A stretch of DNA of 64,000 nucleotides from an uncultured virus (IMG/VR IMGVR_UViG_3300035698_023946) (IMGVR_UViG_3300035698_023946); one strand, 5' to 3'; positions 37,257 through 47,144 are shown, numbered from the stretch's first letter. A program made the numbers and translations. Notes: generated from the sequence alone by a model not told the origin.

Positions 37257-37999
37257 TCTAAAATTCTCCTAAATAAGACGCTTCTTCTTATAGGTTTAAA
37301 AGAGGTGGCAGTTGGACGATTATATTCACTTTTAACAATGACCAACGGGGTTGAGCGGTTAAATTCTCCGTTTATAGAAGACTGAACAGTAAGCCGTCCT
37401 GTTTTAGGATATTTTAAAAGTCTTACATTAAGAACGATTCTGTTCTTGTATGCGAAGCCATCAATAGTGAAATCCTCATCTTTTTTTAATCGCTCCTGAT
37501 CTGCGGTATGTGATATTGACAAGTCAATGACATCATCAAATTTAAAGCGCAGATATTCTCGGGAGAATATCTGCGTCAATGTGATCGTGAATTCTATCGG
37601 TAGTCGCCTAGTTCTTATTATAGTCGGGTTCACGGATATGTCAAGATCGACCGGAATACTTGGAGTTACAGAAAACAAAGTGGACCTTTCCGATCCACTT
37701 TCCGTTTCTGAGACCCATTCATCCTCTTCATCGGTCAATCCGTCTCCATCATTGTCAGTCCCGTCTTCTCCGGGATTGGAGCCTTCTGGAGGGACTTCTG
37801 ACCCGTCATCGTCTCCATCATCTCCTGGACCTAAGAACTCACCCGAAGTACAGCTCACGATGTTTCCAAAAAGATCTGTACAGGTGCAATCCTCAATCAA
37901 TTCTCCATTTTCATCTCTGCAATTTTCACTAAAAATAGTTTGAGCAGAGACAGAAATAGACCAGCAAAACAATGTTGCGACTAAAAAAACTTGTTTCAT
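37253..37999 (-). CDS. Secreted protein with acidic DxDGDG Ca-binding-like motif
   Basis: Signal peptide ending VSA; DGTDNDGDGLTDEED. Confidence 0.7.
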   Translation of the reverse strand: MKQVFLVATLFCWSISVSAQTIFSENCRDENGELIEDCTCTDLFGNIVSCTSGEFLGPGDDGDDDGSEVPPEGSNPGEDGTDNDGDGLTDEEDEWVSETESGSERSTLFSVTPSIPVDLDISVNPTIIRTRRLPIEFTITLTQIFSREYLRFKFDDVIDLSISHTADQERLKKDEDFTIDGFAYKNRIVLNVRLLKYPKTGRLTVQSSINGEFNRSTPLVIVKSEYNRPTATSFKPIRRSVLFRRILE

Positions 38000-38397
38000 T
38001 ATTCAGTCGCATTATCCTTGTCTTGAACAAAATAAGTAACAGCAGCTTCGAATATTCTTCTGACAACCCATTCGACAGCCGGTTTAAAGAGAGGAGTCAA
38101 CCATATCGGCAGCTTCACTCCTAATTTATCTTTAGCATATCCCCAAACAATCAAAACAACATCTGTCAATGTTCGAATTTGATCGTCTTGAGTCGGCTCA
38201 TCCAAAACCTCTGAATAAAAGTCAACAACTGAACGAGAGAGTCCAATGATAACTTTAATTCGCTCCACGATAGAGCCTTCTTTCCATGGTCCGACAATTT
38301 GTTCAACTTCAGTCAAATATCCAGACACATCAACACTCAATGTGCTCATGATATTTAATCGTTTCTTAATCGCATACCTATAATCAACAATAACCAT
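37999..38397 (-). CDS. Hypothetical protein
   Basis: 132-aa helical ORF. Confidence 0.65.
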   Translation of the reverse strand: MVIVDYRYAIKKRLNIMSTLSVDVSGYLTEVEQIVGPWKEGSIVERIKVIIGLSRSVVDFYSEVLDEPTQDDQIRTLTDVVLIVWGYAKDKLGVKLPIWLTPLFKPAVEWVVRRIFEAAVTYFVQDKDNATE

Positions 38398-38399
38398 AA

Positions 38400-38753
38400 T
38401 TATTCTCCTTCAACGCTATCGACGATGTCTTCGGCAGAAATCTCTAACGAAGACAGCTTAGATAATGAAATTTCAATAGGTTCGCCCGACTTGATTGACA
38501 AGCGAAGATCTTTTTCTAAATTTGGAATCAGATTGATCCCAAACCCGCGAATATAACATAAAGAACTATGTAACAATTCTTTCATGGTCATTTCTTCACA
38601 TTTTAACAGAGCTTTTTTACGCAGGATCTTCCCACAAAACCGTAAATCTTTAGATGTAAATACATTTTGACATGAACAACACAAATATTGATATTTGGTT
38701 GTTTGTTCAACATTCATAGACCCACAATAAACACAATATGCTTTTTCTGACAT
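38400..38753 (-). CDS. Zinc-ribbon protein
   Basis: CVYCG ... CCSC. Confidence 0.7.
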   Translation of the reverse strand: MSEKAYCVYCGSMNVEQTTKYQYLCCSCQNVFTSKDLRFCGKILRKKALLKCEEMTMKELLHSSLCYIRGFGINLIPNLEKDLRLSIKSGEPIEISLSKLSSLEISAEDIVDSVEGE

Positions 38754-38757
38754 TATT

Positions 38758-39138
38758 TTAAGCCTTATTGTAAAAATATTTAGATTCTCTAACTACTAAT
38801 TTGAAGATGTAATGCAAACGCATATGAATTCTTGGAGAATGCCATTGTGCTCTCCAATCCATGTCTGCCCCACCATAATCATAAGTGCTTGGTACATTAT
38901 AGCCAGAAAGCCATCTGATGTTGACGTAAAAAAAAGAATCCGTATTATCATCCAAAGATCTTTGATAATCTTCATCAAAAAATATATGATTATCAAAAGC
39001 TTTAGCTATTTCTGTATAATTGTCCACCACAGCCGTCCTAATCGGTATTTCAGTGTCATCAACTATCAAAAGCATGTTTTCAGCGCCATATGCCGCCAAT
39101 GCTTCCATGAATTGATCTAAACGTTCTTCATCAGTCAT
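38758..39138 (-). CDS. Hypothetical protein
   Basis: 126-aa ORF. Confidence 0.7.
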   Translation of the reverse strand: MTDEERLDQFMEALAAYGAENMLLIVDDTEIPIRTAVVDNYTEIAKAFDNHIFFDEDYQRSLDDNTDSFFYVNIRWLSGYNVPSTYDYGGADMDWRAQWHSPRIHMRLHYIFKLVVRESKYFYNKA

Positions 39139-39147
39139 TTTTTAATC

Positions 39148-39363
39148 CTAAAATCCAACAGTAGAAGGTAAAGATTTGGCTTCCTTCATTCGTTTGTCTT
39201 TGATGAACTTCATTTCATTGCGGTGATGACAGTGTGGGCAAATGAAGACGATTTCTCCTGTTAAGAAGTCGATACTCAAAAAACCCATCAAATCTACATT
39301 TTCACCTTCGGTAAATTCTCCCCTGCACTTTGCACACACTATATTAATGCTTAAATTTTTCAT
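39148..39363 (-). CDS. Small zinc-ribbon protein
   Basis: CAKC ... CPHC. Confidence 0.7.
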   Translation of the reverse strand: MKNLSINIVCAKCRGEFTEGENVDLMGFLSIDFLTGEIVFICPHCHHRNEMKFIKDKRMKEAKSLPSTVGF

Positions 39364-39375
39364 GACAATACTTGT

Positions 39376-39918
39376 TCAAAATTCCATCAAAGCTGGGGCG
39401 ATTCCTGCAAATTCTTGAATTTCTAACAAAATGTCCAACCGCATCCCCAACAGCCAAACAAAAGCTTCACCTGTAACAGACTGCGTCGTGTGAATTGATT
39501 CCTCATAAATCTCATCATAAAAAGAAAGTGTCCAAGAATAATCGTTAAACAATAAATGCATCCAATTTTTCGATTTCCCAGTAACTGTGTTAAACACATT
39601 AACATTATAATGTATATTTTTCTCTATTTCTTCCTCATCTTCTCTCGACTTGTCTCGATAAATAGCCAAGCAAATCTTATTATTGGTCAACTCTTTCAAA
39701 GATTGATCGATTGCCATCAATTGTTTATCGGTTTCCCAATCACCAGTCATATGCTTCGCGTTACTAGACTGAATCGCATATTTGTAAAAATCTACCCAAT
39801 TATCAAAGGTGACTTCTTCAGAATTTAAGGAGTCGAGAACCTCCTTGACCTTACTGAATAACTTTTTGCTTTCTTCAGCCATAATCTCTATTTTGTATAA
39901 TCCTTTGTCGGGTAGCAT
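39376..39918 (-). CDS. Hypothetical protein
   Basis: 180-aa ORF. Confidence 0.7.
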   Translation of the reverse strand: MLPDKGLYKIEIMAEESKKLFSKVKEVLDSLNSEEVTFDNWVDFYKYAIQSSNAKHMTGDWETDKQLMAIDQSLKELTNNKICLAIYRDKSREDEEEIEKNIHYNVNVFNTVTGKSKNWMHLLFNDYSWTLSFYDEIYEESIHTTQSVTGEAFVWLLGMRLDILLEIQEFAGIAPALMEF

Positions 39919-40355
39919 CCATATAGATTTGCCAACTTCCGCTTATCTTTCGGAATCTTTTCCCAGTCTTCATTTTTCACGATAGAATCTGACACATATT
40001 TCTTTTGTTGAACTTCATTGCCATTTTTATCAGTAGTTGTTTCCATATAAGAGATATCAGCAGCTTTCGACAGTTCGGGGATCGTCATTCCCGTCGCTTG
40101 CCTACGATGAGTCGCATCCCTCTTATCATTCATGAATTTTTTGAACTTTCCTTCATACTTCAAAGAAGTTATAGGAACAATTGTCGTAGCGACCATGTCT
40201 CCAAGATATCTTTTAACCGAAACATCCTTGTTTTCAATATCACAAAACAGAGTTTCCGGATGAGGGTCGTTGATCCCCTTCTCGACCTTGTAGATGGCGT
40301 TAGGAACGCCCTGCTCATCAAAACCTGCGCCAGGGTTATAATAAAGATACTCCAT
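39888..40355 (-). CDS. Hypothetical protein, N-terminus paralogous to the upstream small ORF (FmdB-like)
   Basis: MEYLYY...KGINDPHPET...VKRY. Confidence 0.7.
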   Translation of the reverse strand: MEYLYYNPGAGFDEQGVPNAIYKVEKGINDPHPETLFCDIENKDVSVKRYLGDMVATTIVPITSLKYEGKFKKFMNDKRDATHRRQATGMTIPELSKAADISYMETTTDKNGNEVQQKKYVSDSIVKNEDWEKIPKDKRKLANLYGCYPTKDYTK

Positions 40356-40370
40356 TTCACAAAATCTCCT

Positions 40371-40565
40371 TTAATGAACGAAACCCATAGGGGCTTTGTT
40401 GAAAAACTGTTTCACAGGAACTTCTTTCCCAAGTTCACTGTCATACATCGTGACCGGATGCGGATCGTTCGGTCCTCTTTCATAAGTGTAAACCTTTCTT
40501 GGTTCATCCCTTTCCTCATCCCAACCATGTTCGACACTATAGTACTGATATTCCATTTCACACAA
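40371..40565 (-). CDS. Small protein paralogous to the downstream ORF (FmdB-like)
   Basis: MEYQYY...RGPNDPHPVT...VKQF. Confidence 0.65.
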   Translation of the reverse strand: MCEMEYQYYSVEHGWDEERDEPRKVYTYERGPNDPHPVTMYDSELGKEVPVKQFFNKAPMGFVH

Positions 40566-40579
40566 TCTCCTTTACTGCT

Positions 40580-40987
40580 TTATGAAGGTAGGGTCAAAGA
40601 TTTATGCCCATCCTTGCTTTCAACCCAAGTGGCACCTGCTAACAAACTTTTTCCAATCGACTCAAACATCGATCTCATTTGTTTACTGGATGCAAAACCA
40701 AGTTTTATATCACTAGAATTTTTTCTAATCTCATCCATCGCTTTTTTTACCCATTCAATTGTTTCTAATGACTTCCAATCAAAATCAATTTCTCCTAATA
40801 TTTCTCCTTCTTCTTCATTAAATGTTTGATTTCCACCAAAATTAATCATAAAATCTTTTCTGATATGAATAAATGCTTCCTGTTCATCTCTGCCACGAGC
40901 ATCAATTCTAATATCCTTAAACTTCCAAACTTTATCTTTTTTACCAAGAGGTGACTCAGTCATTAAATTGTGGATCTTAATTTTCAT
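40580..40987 (-). CDS. Hypothetical protein
   Basis: 135-aa ORF. Confidence 0.7.
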   Translation of the reverse strand: MKIKIHNLMTESPLGKKDKVWKFKDIRIDARGRDEQEAFIHIRKDFMINFGGNQTFNEEEGEILGEIDFDWKSLETIEWVKKAMDEIRKNSSDIKLGFASSKQMRSMFESIGKSLLAGATWVESKDGHKSLTLPS

Positions 40988-40997
40988 AATCTTTCCT

Positions 40998-41336
40998 TCA
41001 CGAAATCCTCATGGCTCCTTTCACCTTCTTGAAAGCCTTATTATAATCTTCCATATTTTTAAAACTCTTTGGCATTTGAGAACCTTTAGGAATTGCGATG
41101 AATCCCTTAATTTTCTTCTTATACCTTGCTACATCGATTGATGTGTGGTGAAACTCTATATCCTCATCTTTTCCATAAAGAAATATTCCTTCTTCAATAA
41201 TTTCATTTGGATCTGTATAAATTTGCTGAACAACAACATATATACGAAACTGTTTGACATCCAACACCTTTGAAGAAGATCTTGTTGTTTTAGGGTTTTC
41301 CTCTTTTTGAATTATTTTTGCATTATTTCTTAGCAT
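40998..41336 (-). CDS. Hypothetical protein
   Basis: 112-aa ORF. Confidence 0.7.
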   Translation of the reverse strand: MLRNNAKIIQKEENPKTTRSSSKVLDVKQFRIYVVVQQIYTDPNEIIEEGIFLYGKDEDIEFHHTSIDVARYKKKIKGFIAIPKGSQMPKSFKNMEDYNKAFKKVKGAMRIS

Positions 41337-41339
41337 AAT

Positions 41340-41660
41340 TTAAAATTCAACCGTAGTAACCTCTTTTAACGGCTTGTCTTCTTTGGCCAGATAGTGGCCG
41401 CAATACCCTACCTCTACGACGCATACAGTGTCTAATTCCATCGCATTCCATAAAAAGTGATCGAAATATCTCTTAACATCACAATCATTGATATGGACAC
41501 ACTCTTCTCCGTTGCGAGTACACGCCAATTCTCTAATGGCGACAGATTCTTCCCCCATGATATGTTTGATCATAGAATCATTCATATCCGGGGCATTAAT
41601 CGAAACATCTTTAGCCACTTTATTTTTAGATTTACTTCTTGGCATTTTTGATCCTGTCAT
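41340..41660 (-). CDS. Hypothetical protein
   Basis: 106-aa ORF with Cys residues. Confidence 0.65.
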   Translation of the reverse strand: MTGSKMPRSKSKNKVAKDVSINAPDMNDSMIKHIMGEESVAIRELACTRNGEECVHINDCDVKRYFDHFLWNAMELDTVCVVEVGYCGHYLAKEDKPLKEVTTVEF

Positions 41661-42378
41661 TCAGTCTCTCTAACTGTTTTTCAAAAATAGAGATCATATC
41701 AAAACTCTTGTTGCCATAAGCTTCAGAAAGCTTTTTAATCAAATCGGCCTTATACTCTCTTAAGACTTTTAAATCATTATTCACAAATTTACTCATATGC
41801 TTATTTACTTCAATCTGGATTTTCGACAATTCCTCAACAATTTCCTTGTCATAATCTTTCTTGCTCTTACTCGCAGGTACGGTTGGAGCAATTCCGGTAA
41901 GAGAAAGAATTTTCAACGGACCTAAAAGAGGAGAAACCCAATCTCCCTGTATTTCTGCATCCAAATCAGACGGATCTGACGTTTCTTCAATAATTCTAGT
42001 TAATACAAACAGTAGAATATCATTAAAACTGCCAAAACACTCAATACACCCCTTCCTGCTTTGAGACAAAAAATCAGCGAAATTGATACCACAACTATTG
42101 CACGTTCTTAACTGTTCTTCTTTCGGTATATCCGACATGATATTAACAATCGAATGAACCACATCTTCCTTACTTTCTTCACTAGAGCCTGATTCTTTCA
42201 TCTTTTTAATTTCTAACCCACCTTTGGCTATTTTTTTTGCTATATCATCGATGTTTGGATTTACTTTAAAATTTATAGTAGTTAATACATACTCCATTTC
42301 ATACGCATCCAAAAGAAGTCGAAAAACTTCACCACATGCAGAAATTGTCAATTTATATTTGGGATTATAGTTTTTCAT
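41632..42378 (-). CDS. McsA-like protein (CxxC pair plus UVR-like tail)
   Basis: TCNSCGINFADFLSQSRKGCIECFGSF matches the McsA CxxCG..F....R.GCxxC..F pattern; C-terminal coiled helical pair. Confidence 0.6.
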   Translation of the reverse strand: MKNYNPKYKLTISACGEVFRLLLDAYEMEYVLTTINFKVNPNIDDIAKKIAKGGLEIKKMKESGSSEESKEDVVHSIVNIMSDIPKEEQLRTCNSCGINFADFLSQSRKGCIECFGSFNDILLFVLTRIIEETSDPSDLDAEIQGDWVSPLLGPLKILSLTGIAPTVPASKSKKDYDKEIVEELSKIQIEVNKHMSKFVNNDLKVLREYKADLIKKLSEAYGNKSFDMISIFEKQLERLNDRIKNAKK

Positions 42379-45300
42379 GTTTACTCAAAGAGTTGATTAT
42401 GTTGTCCGCCAGCTTTTCACCCAAGACGGTTTTACACCTCTCTACATTTGATAATATATCTCTTTTGTTTCTGATTCCATTCTTGTAGAGGTTCTGAGCT
42501 CGTTTTTTACCAATCCCTTCGATGGTCACTAATGGACAAAGCTGATATGGAACCCCATTCATTATACGATGAAAGAGAGCATTCCATTCAGAGGGATGAT
42601 ATTGGTATCCTTTTTTACAGGCAAGTTTTCCATGACGCAGGTGAATTATTTTCAAAGTTTCTATCGTTCTTTCTAAATCGAACTTCAATTGAGAGATAGT
42701 GCTCCTGAATGCTGAATCTATCTCATCCCCATTCATTAGAGCGAAGTAACAAGCACCAATTTTAGAAACACCATCCGGAGATCTTCTGGCATATTTCAAA
42801 TATTTCTCCATATTAGAAGTTTCCCTTTCGGCCTTACTTGCAAAAGGTCTCCTAATCTTATACTCATAGCAATTAGCTAAAGCTGTCGCAACTTTTTCGT
42901 TTGTCTTCAGTATAGAAACTCTGTCAGCTTGAGTTGTTGTGGTCCTCTTAGAATTAATGTCATTGATATTAGAAAAGTTCTTATACCAATAGTAAACATC
43001 ATATGGGTTCTGATACATGAAAGAAGGGATTTGACCAAGTGCCGTTATCTTATAAGTGTCCCTACCTCCTACTTCTTCTTTAGAAATCATCTTAAGCATT
43101 TCTAGCTTATTAAAAACCTCATCACAATAATTCTTAGTAAGGCAAACTCCCTGGATATGTGCCAGAGTATGCTTGTACCAATTGTAAAAGTCATCTTTAG
43201 TTTGAATGTTTTCTATCATTACTTCCGAGACCACATTAAACACTAAGTTAGGAACGTCACAAATGTTAGATTTAACAACAAACCCTTTTCTAATGCGTTC
43301 TATCTCAGATGCCACCTGAGAAGACGGAAGCATTATGTAAACATCACCCTTCTGATCGTATGCAGGTCTACCTGATCGTCCAGACATTTGATCGATATCA
43401 CAAACCTCCATGGGAGTCAATCCAAAAGTAGTATGTGCGATGATGACTCTTCGGGCCGGAAGATTACAATTGTGAGATATTAATCCGTTTCCAACATATG
43501 AATGGTTTTTATCTACCTCTATTTCAACAAACTCTCCAGAGCCTACTTCCTCTATAGACTTAATCCTTCTCCATAAAAAATCCCCATTAACTAGAGACTT
43601 CAAATCTTCAGAACAATTTGGCATATTTTCGATAATTTTTAACAGTTTTCCCCTGGTAATTTCTGATTTATTTTCTATATTCCAGAGATCAACCTTAAAA
43701 GACGTAGCCGATGCTCCAAAATTTTTCAGTTCTCTTCGAAGCAAATGTCTAACTGGAACCAAATCGTTGCAATTGTATTCTTGATATTGTTTAGACTCGC
43801 ATAGTCTCCTCAACATATCCTGCTTTCTTGAAAGACAAAATCCAATTCTGTTTAAAAAATTATTAGCGTTCTTTCCATATATCCTAAGTCTCCAAATTAA
43901 TTCCCTACGGGCAGGTTGATAACGACCATTAATTATGGTATCCTGTATACGCTTCGACCCCACTTCTGATCTAATTCCAAAGCACAATAGTATTTGCTGC
44001 ACTTTTCTGACAAGAGCTGGGCTTATACTATTCAACTCTACAGACATATTCCCATTTCCATGATCACAAACTCCACCATCTGCATCAAACAAACCTTTAA
44101 GATAACTTCCAATCATATTTTTATTTACAATTACATCATTTGGAATATCCAAAACAGACTTATCTGTTTTTGTCAAAAGACAATCTAAAAATTCATCAGT
44201 TATTTTTCTGCACTTAGTCACTATATGATAAACCCCATTTTGGTCTGGTCTTGGAAAAGGAACATCATATGAAAAATAATCACAAAGAATTTTATGGACA
44301 ATCTTAAGATTGTCAAGATCCTCTATTCCAGAACAAATGTCTAACGAATATTTCGGAGCACCATCGGCATAGTTCCCGTTCCTAACCAAGCAGCCATCCC
44401 CTACGGCATATCCTAACGCATATCCGAATGAATCGAATTTAAAACCATCCCACATCTTATATGTAGATGGAACGGCAACATAATCATCGCTAGATAAATT
44501 TTCAACACGGTTCCATCCGGGAGATTCTCTTCCAGCCGCACTATAAAACAAATGTTCTGGACTAACATCGCAGACTTCTCCAGAACACATTGTCACACGA
44601 TAGAACTTATCAATCTTCCTAGATTCAACTCTTCTAATAGCGTCATCAGAAAACTCTCTTCCATTAAATGACTTTACGAGATCTCCACATTTCAAATCTT
44701 CAACGTTCTTCATGGCTCCATTAGACATCTGTACAAATGAACCTTTCTTATAGCACCCCCATGCTAAAGTTGAAGTAGATATTAAATATTTTATTTCATT
44801 ATTTTTGAATTTAGATTCAAGTTCTGACCTTTGCCTCAAACTTAGATCGGCATTATGAAAACCAGATTCAATACCAAATGCTTTCAAGTACTCTTTAAAC
44901 TTATAACCCCATGATTTTGTTCCAGAAAAAATAATATGTTGATCTTTTGGGTTCTTCAACATTTGTTCTTTACAAGCGACCATACGATATCTATCAATTT
45001 GGCTGTAATGGCTCTTGATGGATAAAACTCCATCACTAAATTCGACGAAATGTCGATCTAATAAACAGGGTCTATATTCAGATTCCACAATAACAGTTTT
45101 TCTTTTTGAACAAATTGTTTCCAACCACTCAAGCAAGTCAACCTTATTAGGTGCAGTAGCACTCATGAAGATGACCCTACAATCGGGGTTATGTTTACAA
45201 AACCTCATCAATGCGCTTTCTAGTTTTGGTCCACGGTTTTCCGATCCAATCAAATGGACTTCATCTACAACTAAGATTTTAACACGATCTAACCATTTGT

Positions 45301-45766
45301 TAGAACTGTAGTTCCGAGTTTTACTATCAAGCATTTCGGAAGTCGCAACGATGATGTCCGAAGTATTCAACTGTTCCTTTTTTTCATCCGTCATATAATG
45401 GTCGCCAGTTATAGGCAAGATATCTTTCGACCCAAAAGTGTGCGTCTCATCGGTCCATTCATTCAACTTTTCTTCTGTTAATGATTTCAAGGGGAACAGA
45501 CATAATGCGGCACTGCCAGGATAATCCTTCAAAGATTGTGCGACAAACATCTCCATAGCGACAGTTTTTCCAGAAGCTGTCGGAGAAGTGATGATCACAT
45601 TGCAATCTTCTTCTAATATTTCGACGACAGACGACTGCATCGGATTGAGGTGCTCGAAAGGATAGTGTATGATATCCTTGACGGTATCAGTTCTTACCAA
45701 TAATTGCCTAGGGTTATGCTCTCCTAAAGGCTGAGCTTCTTCTCTTATGATTTTTCTTTTATTCAT
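42365..45766 (-). CDS. Ski2/Hel308-like SF2 helicase with intein
   Basis: PTASGKT, DEVH, MSAT, YRPC, TLAWG|CNLPA, QMSGRSGR, C-terminal HhH GIGKKRA. Confidence 0.92.
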   Translation of the reverse strand: MNKRKIIREEAQPLGEHNPRQLLVRTDTVKDIIHYPFEHLNPMQSSVVEILEEDCNVIITSPTASGKTVAMEMFVAQSLKDYPGSAALCLFPLKSLTEEKLNEWTDETHTFGSKDILPITGDHYMTDEKKEQLNTSDIIVATSEMLDSKTRNYSSNKWLDRVKILVVDEVHLIGSENRGPKLESALMRFCKHNPDCRVIFMSATAPNKVDLLEWLETICSKRKTVIVESEYRPCLLDRHFVEFSDGVLSIKSHYSQIDRYRMVACKEQMLKNPKDQHIIFSGTKSWGYKFKEYLKAFGIESGFHNADLSLRQRSELESKFKNNEIKYLISTSTLAWGCYKKGSFVQMSNGAMKNVEDLKCGDLVKSFNGREFSDDAIRRVESRKIDKFYRVTMCSGEVCDVSPEHLFYSAAGRESPGWNRVENLSSDDYVAVPSTYKMWDGFKFDSFGYALGYAVGDGCLVRNGNYADGAPKYSLDICSGIEDLDNLKIVHKILCDYFSYDVPFPRPDQNGVYHIVTKCRKITDEFLDCLLTKTDKSVLDIPNDVIVNKNMIGSYLKGLFDADGGVCDHGNGNMSVELNSISPALVRKVQQILLCFGIRSEVGSKRIQDTIINGRYQPARRELIWRLRIYGKNANNFLNRIGFCLSRKQDMLRRLCESKQYQEYNCNDLVPVRHLLRRELKNFGASATSFKVDLWNIENKSEITRGKLLKIIENMPNCSEDLKSLVNGDFLWRRIKSIEEVGSGEFVEIEVDKNHSYVGNGLISHNCNLPARRVIIAHTTFGLTPMEVCDIDQMSGRSGRPAYDQKGDVYIMLPSSQVASEIERIRKGFVVKSNICDVPNLVFNVVSEVMIENIQTKDDFYNWYKHTLAHIQGVCLTKNYCDEVFNKLEMLKMISKEEVGGRDTYKITALGQIPSFMYQNPYDVYYWYKNFSNINDINSKRTTTTQADRVSILKTNEKVATALANCYEYKIRRPFASKAERETSNMEKYLKYARRSPDGVSKIGACYFALMNGDEIDSAFRSTISQLKFDLERTIETLKIIHLRHGKLACKKGYQYHPSEWNALFHRIMNGVPYQLCPLVTIEGIGKKRAQNLYKNGIRNKRDILSNVERCKTVLGEKLADNIINSLSKHEKL
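43469..44755 (-). mobile_element. Intein with LAGLIDADG homing endonuclease (429 aa)
   Basis: LAWG|CYKKGS ... SPEH ... LGYAVGDG ... LKGLFDADG ... ISHN|CNLP. Confidence 0.95.
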
Positions 45767-47144
45767 TTGTTTCCGTATATTTCATCATTATTTTTTGACA
45801 TTCTTTGTTTTCCTTTATGATTTTAAGCCAACACTTAATCTCGTCTTCAGAGACATTTCCATGACCGAGGACAGAACAAATGGTATTATTTGGATAATCA
45901 TTAATTATCGACAGCTCTAATGCTTCAGAAACAATTTGAAGCATATCTGAATCAATCTTTCCTTTACCCGTATAAAACTTATGTCTTCTTTGATGGTTGT
46001 TCGTTTGACTACAAAAATCTTCAATTATGAATTGAGACAAATCTTCTAGCATATTTTGGATTACACCTATCTCATCATAATTTTCATAGGTCTTTCCTAC
46101 TTGATGAACCTTCTTATCCTTAATTACTGTATTATACATCTGTGTGAAATTGTTTTTCAAAAAATCCAGATTATCATTCGTAAAAAGATACCGATCATAA
46201 ACAACGATATCTTTATCATAAAATACATTCGAAATCGGAGATTCTAAAACATCTAACAAATTAAAGCTCTCTTCATTCATGTCTGAATTAAACGAGGTAT
46301 CTATAGACATCGTTTTATTTTCTAAAGGATCGTTGGGAAATTTGGTTTGATATTCACAAAGAGTTTTTTGTGATACAAGCCTTTTTAACTCTTTTTCAGA
46401 AATTCCATTTCTTTTCAGCTTGTACTTAGACCTTATAAACTGATGGAATTTTTCATGCCCCATATATCCCTTTAATCCAGGACCATTAGGATTATCCAAT
46501 TTCATTAAATGGGATGAATTTATTTGGCCAGTATCACAACCGCAAATTTTACAAACAACTATAGGGTTTTTGGAAATCAATTCTTTCTTTCTTTTAAAAT
46601 CTGTATGACGATGACTGATTCCAGTCCACATATAGGTGTTGAATTTACTAACATCACTTCCTTCTTTTTTTCTACCATAACTCAAAACCAGTTTAAAACA
46701 GGAAAGATACATCTCGTTAACGATGTCTTCTTTTTCATACTCCGGATACAACCTGCAATCATAATCAATTTTCTTCTTATATTTTTTGAAGAACACTTCA
46801 AAAAATGGGCTTATGAATTGACCTCCTGAATCCGTAAACCCGTCTCTGTAAAAATCGTAATCGATATTATTTATGTTTTTTTTCAATCCTTCATGCTCAC
46901 AATTCAAACAAATCAATGGACTTTCAAATTTCTTCCTCGTATGAACGACCTCATCGTAGATAAAAGAATCCCCACAATGAGAACACTCCCATCTATACAT
47001 CCTTAAAAATCTATCGTGTTGTCTCTGAAGATTTAAAACCAAATCTTCATCAGACAACCCTTTCAAATAGCTCTTAAATGAATCAACCATCCAGTCCTCT
47101 CCATTAAATTTTATGATATTTGAATTTCCATTCCCCACTTTCAT
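45759..47144 (-). CDS. Divergent sigma-factor-like protein with zinc-binding insertions
   Basis: EKEDIVNEM...SKFNTYMW region-2-like segment; MSIDT...LLDVL region-3-like segment; CSHC/CLNC and CKIC...H. Confidence 0.5.
   Translation of the reverse strand: MKVGNGNSNIIKFNGEDWMVDSFKSYLKGLSDEDLVLNLQRQHDRFLRMYRWECSHCGDSFIYDEVVHTRKKFESPLICLNCEHEGLKKNINNIDYDFYRDGFTDSGGQFISPFFEVFFKKYKKKIDYDCRLYPEYEKEDIVNEMYLSCFKLVLSYGRKKEGSDVSKFNTYMWTGISHRHTDFKRKKELISKNPIVVCKICGCDTGQINSSHLMKLDNPNGPGLKGYMGHEKFHQFIRSKYKLKRNGISEKELKRLVSQKTLCEYQTKFPNDPLENKTMSIDTSFNSDMNEESFNLLDVLESPISNVFYDKDIVVYDRYLFTNDNLDFLKNNFTQMYNTVIKDKKVHQVGKTYENYDEIGVIQNMLEDLSQFIIEDFCSQTNNHQRRHKFYTGKGKIDSDMLQIVSEALELSIINDYPNNTICSVLGHGNVSEDEIKCWLKIIKENKECQKIMMKYTETNE

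Noticed and set aside
40005..40829. 274-aa plus-strand ORF and the other plus-strand ORFs in the track
   Set aside because: All lie antisense to well-supported minus-strand genes and show no recognisable motifs; treated as shadow ORFs.
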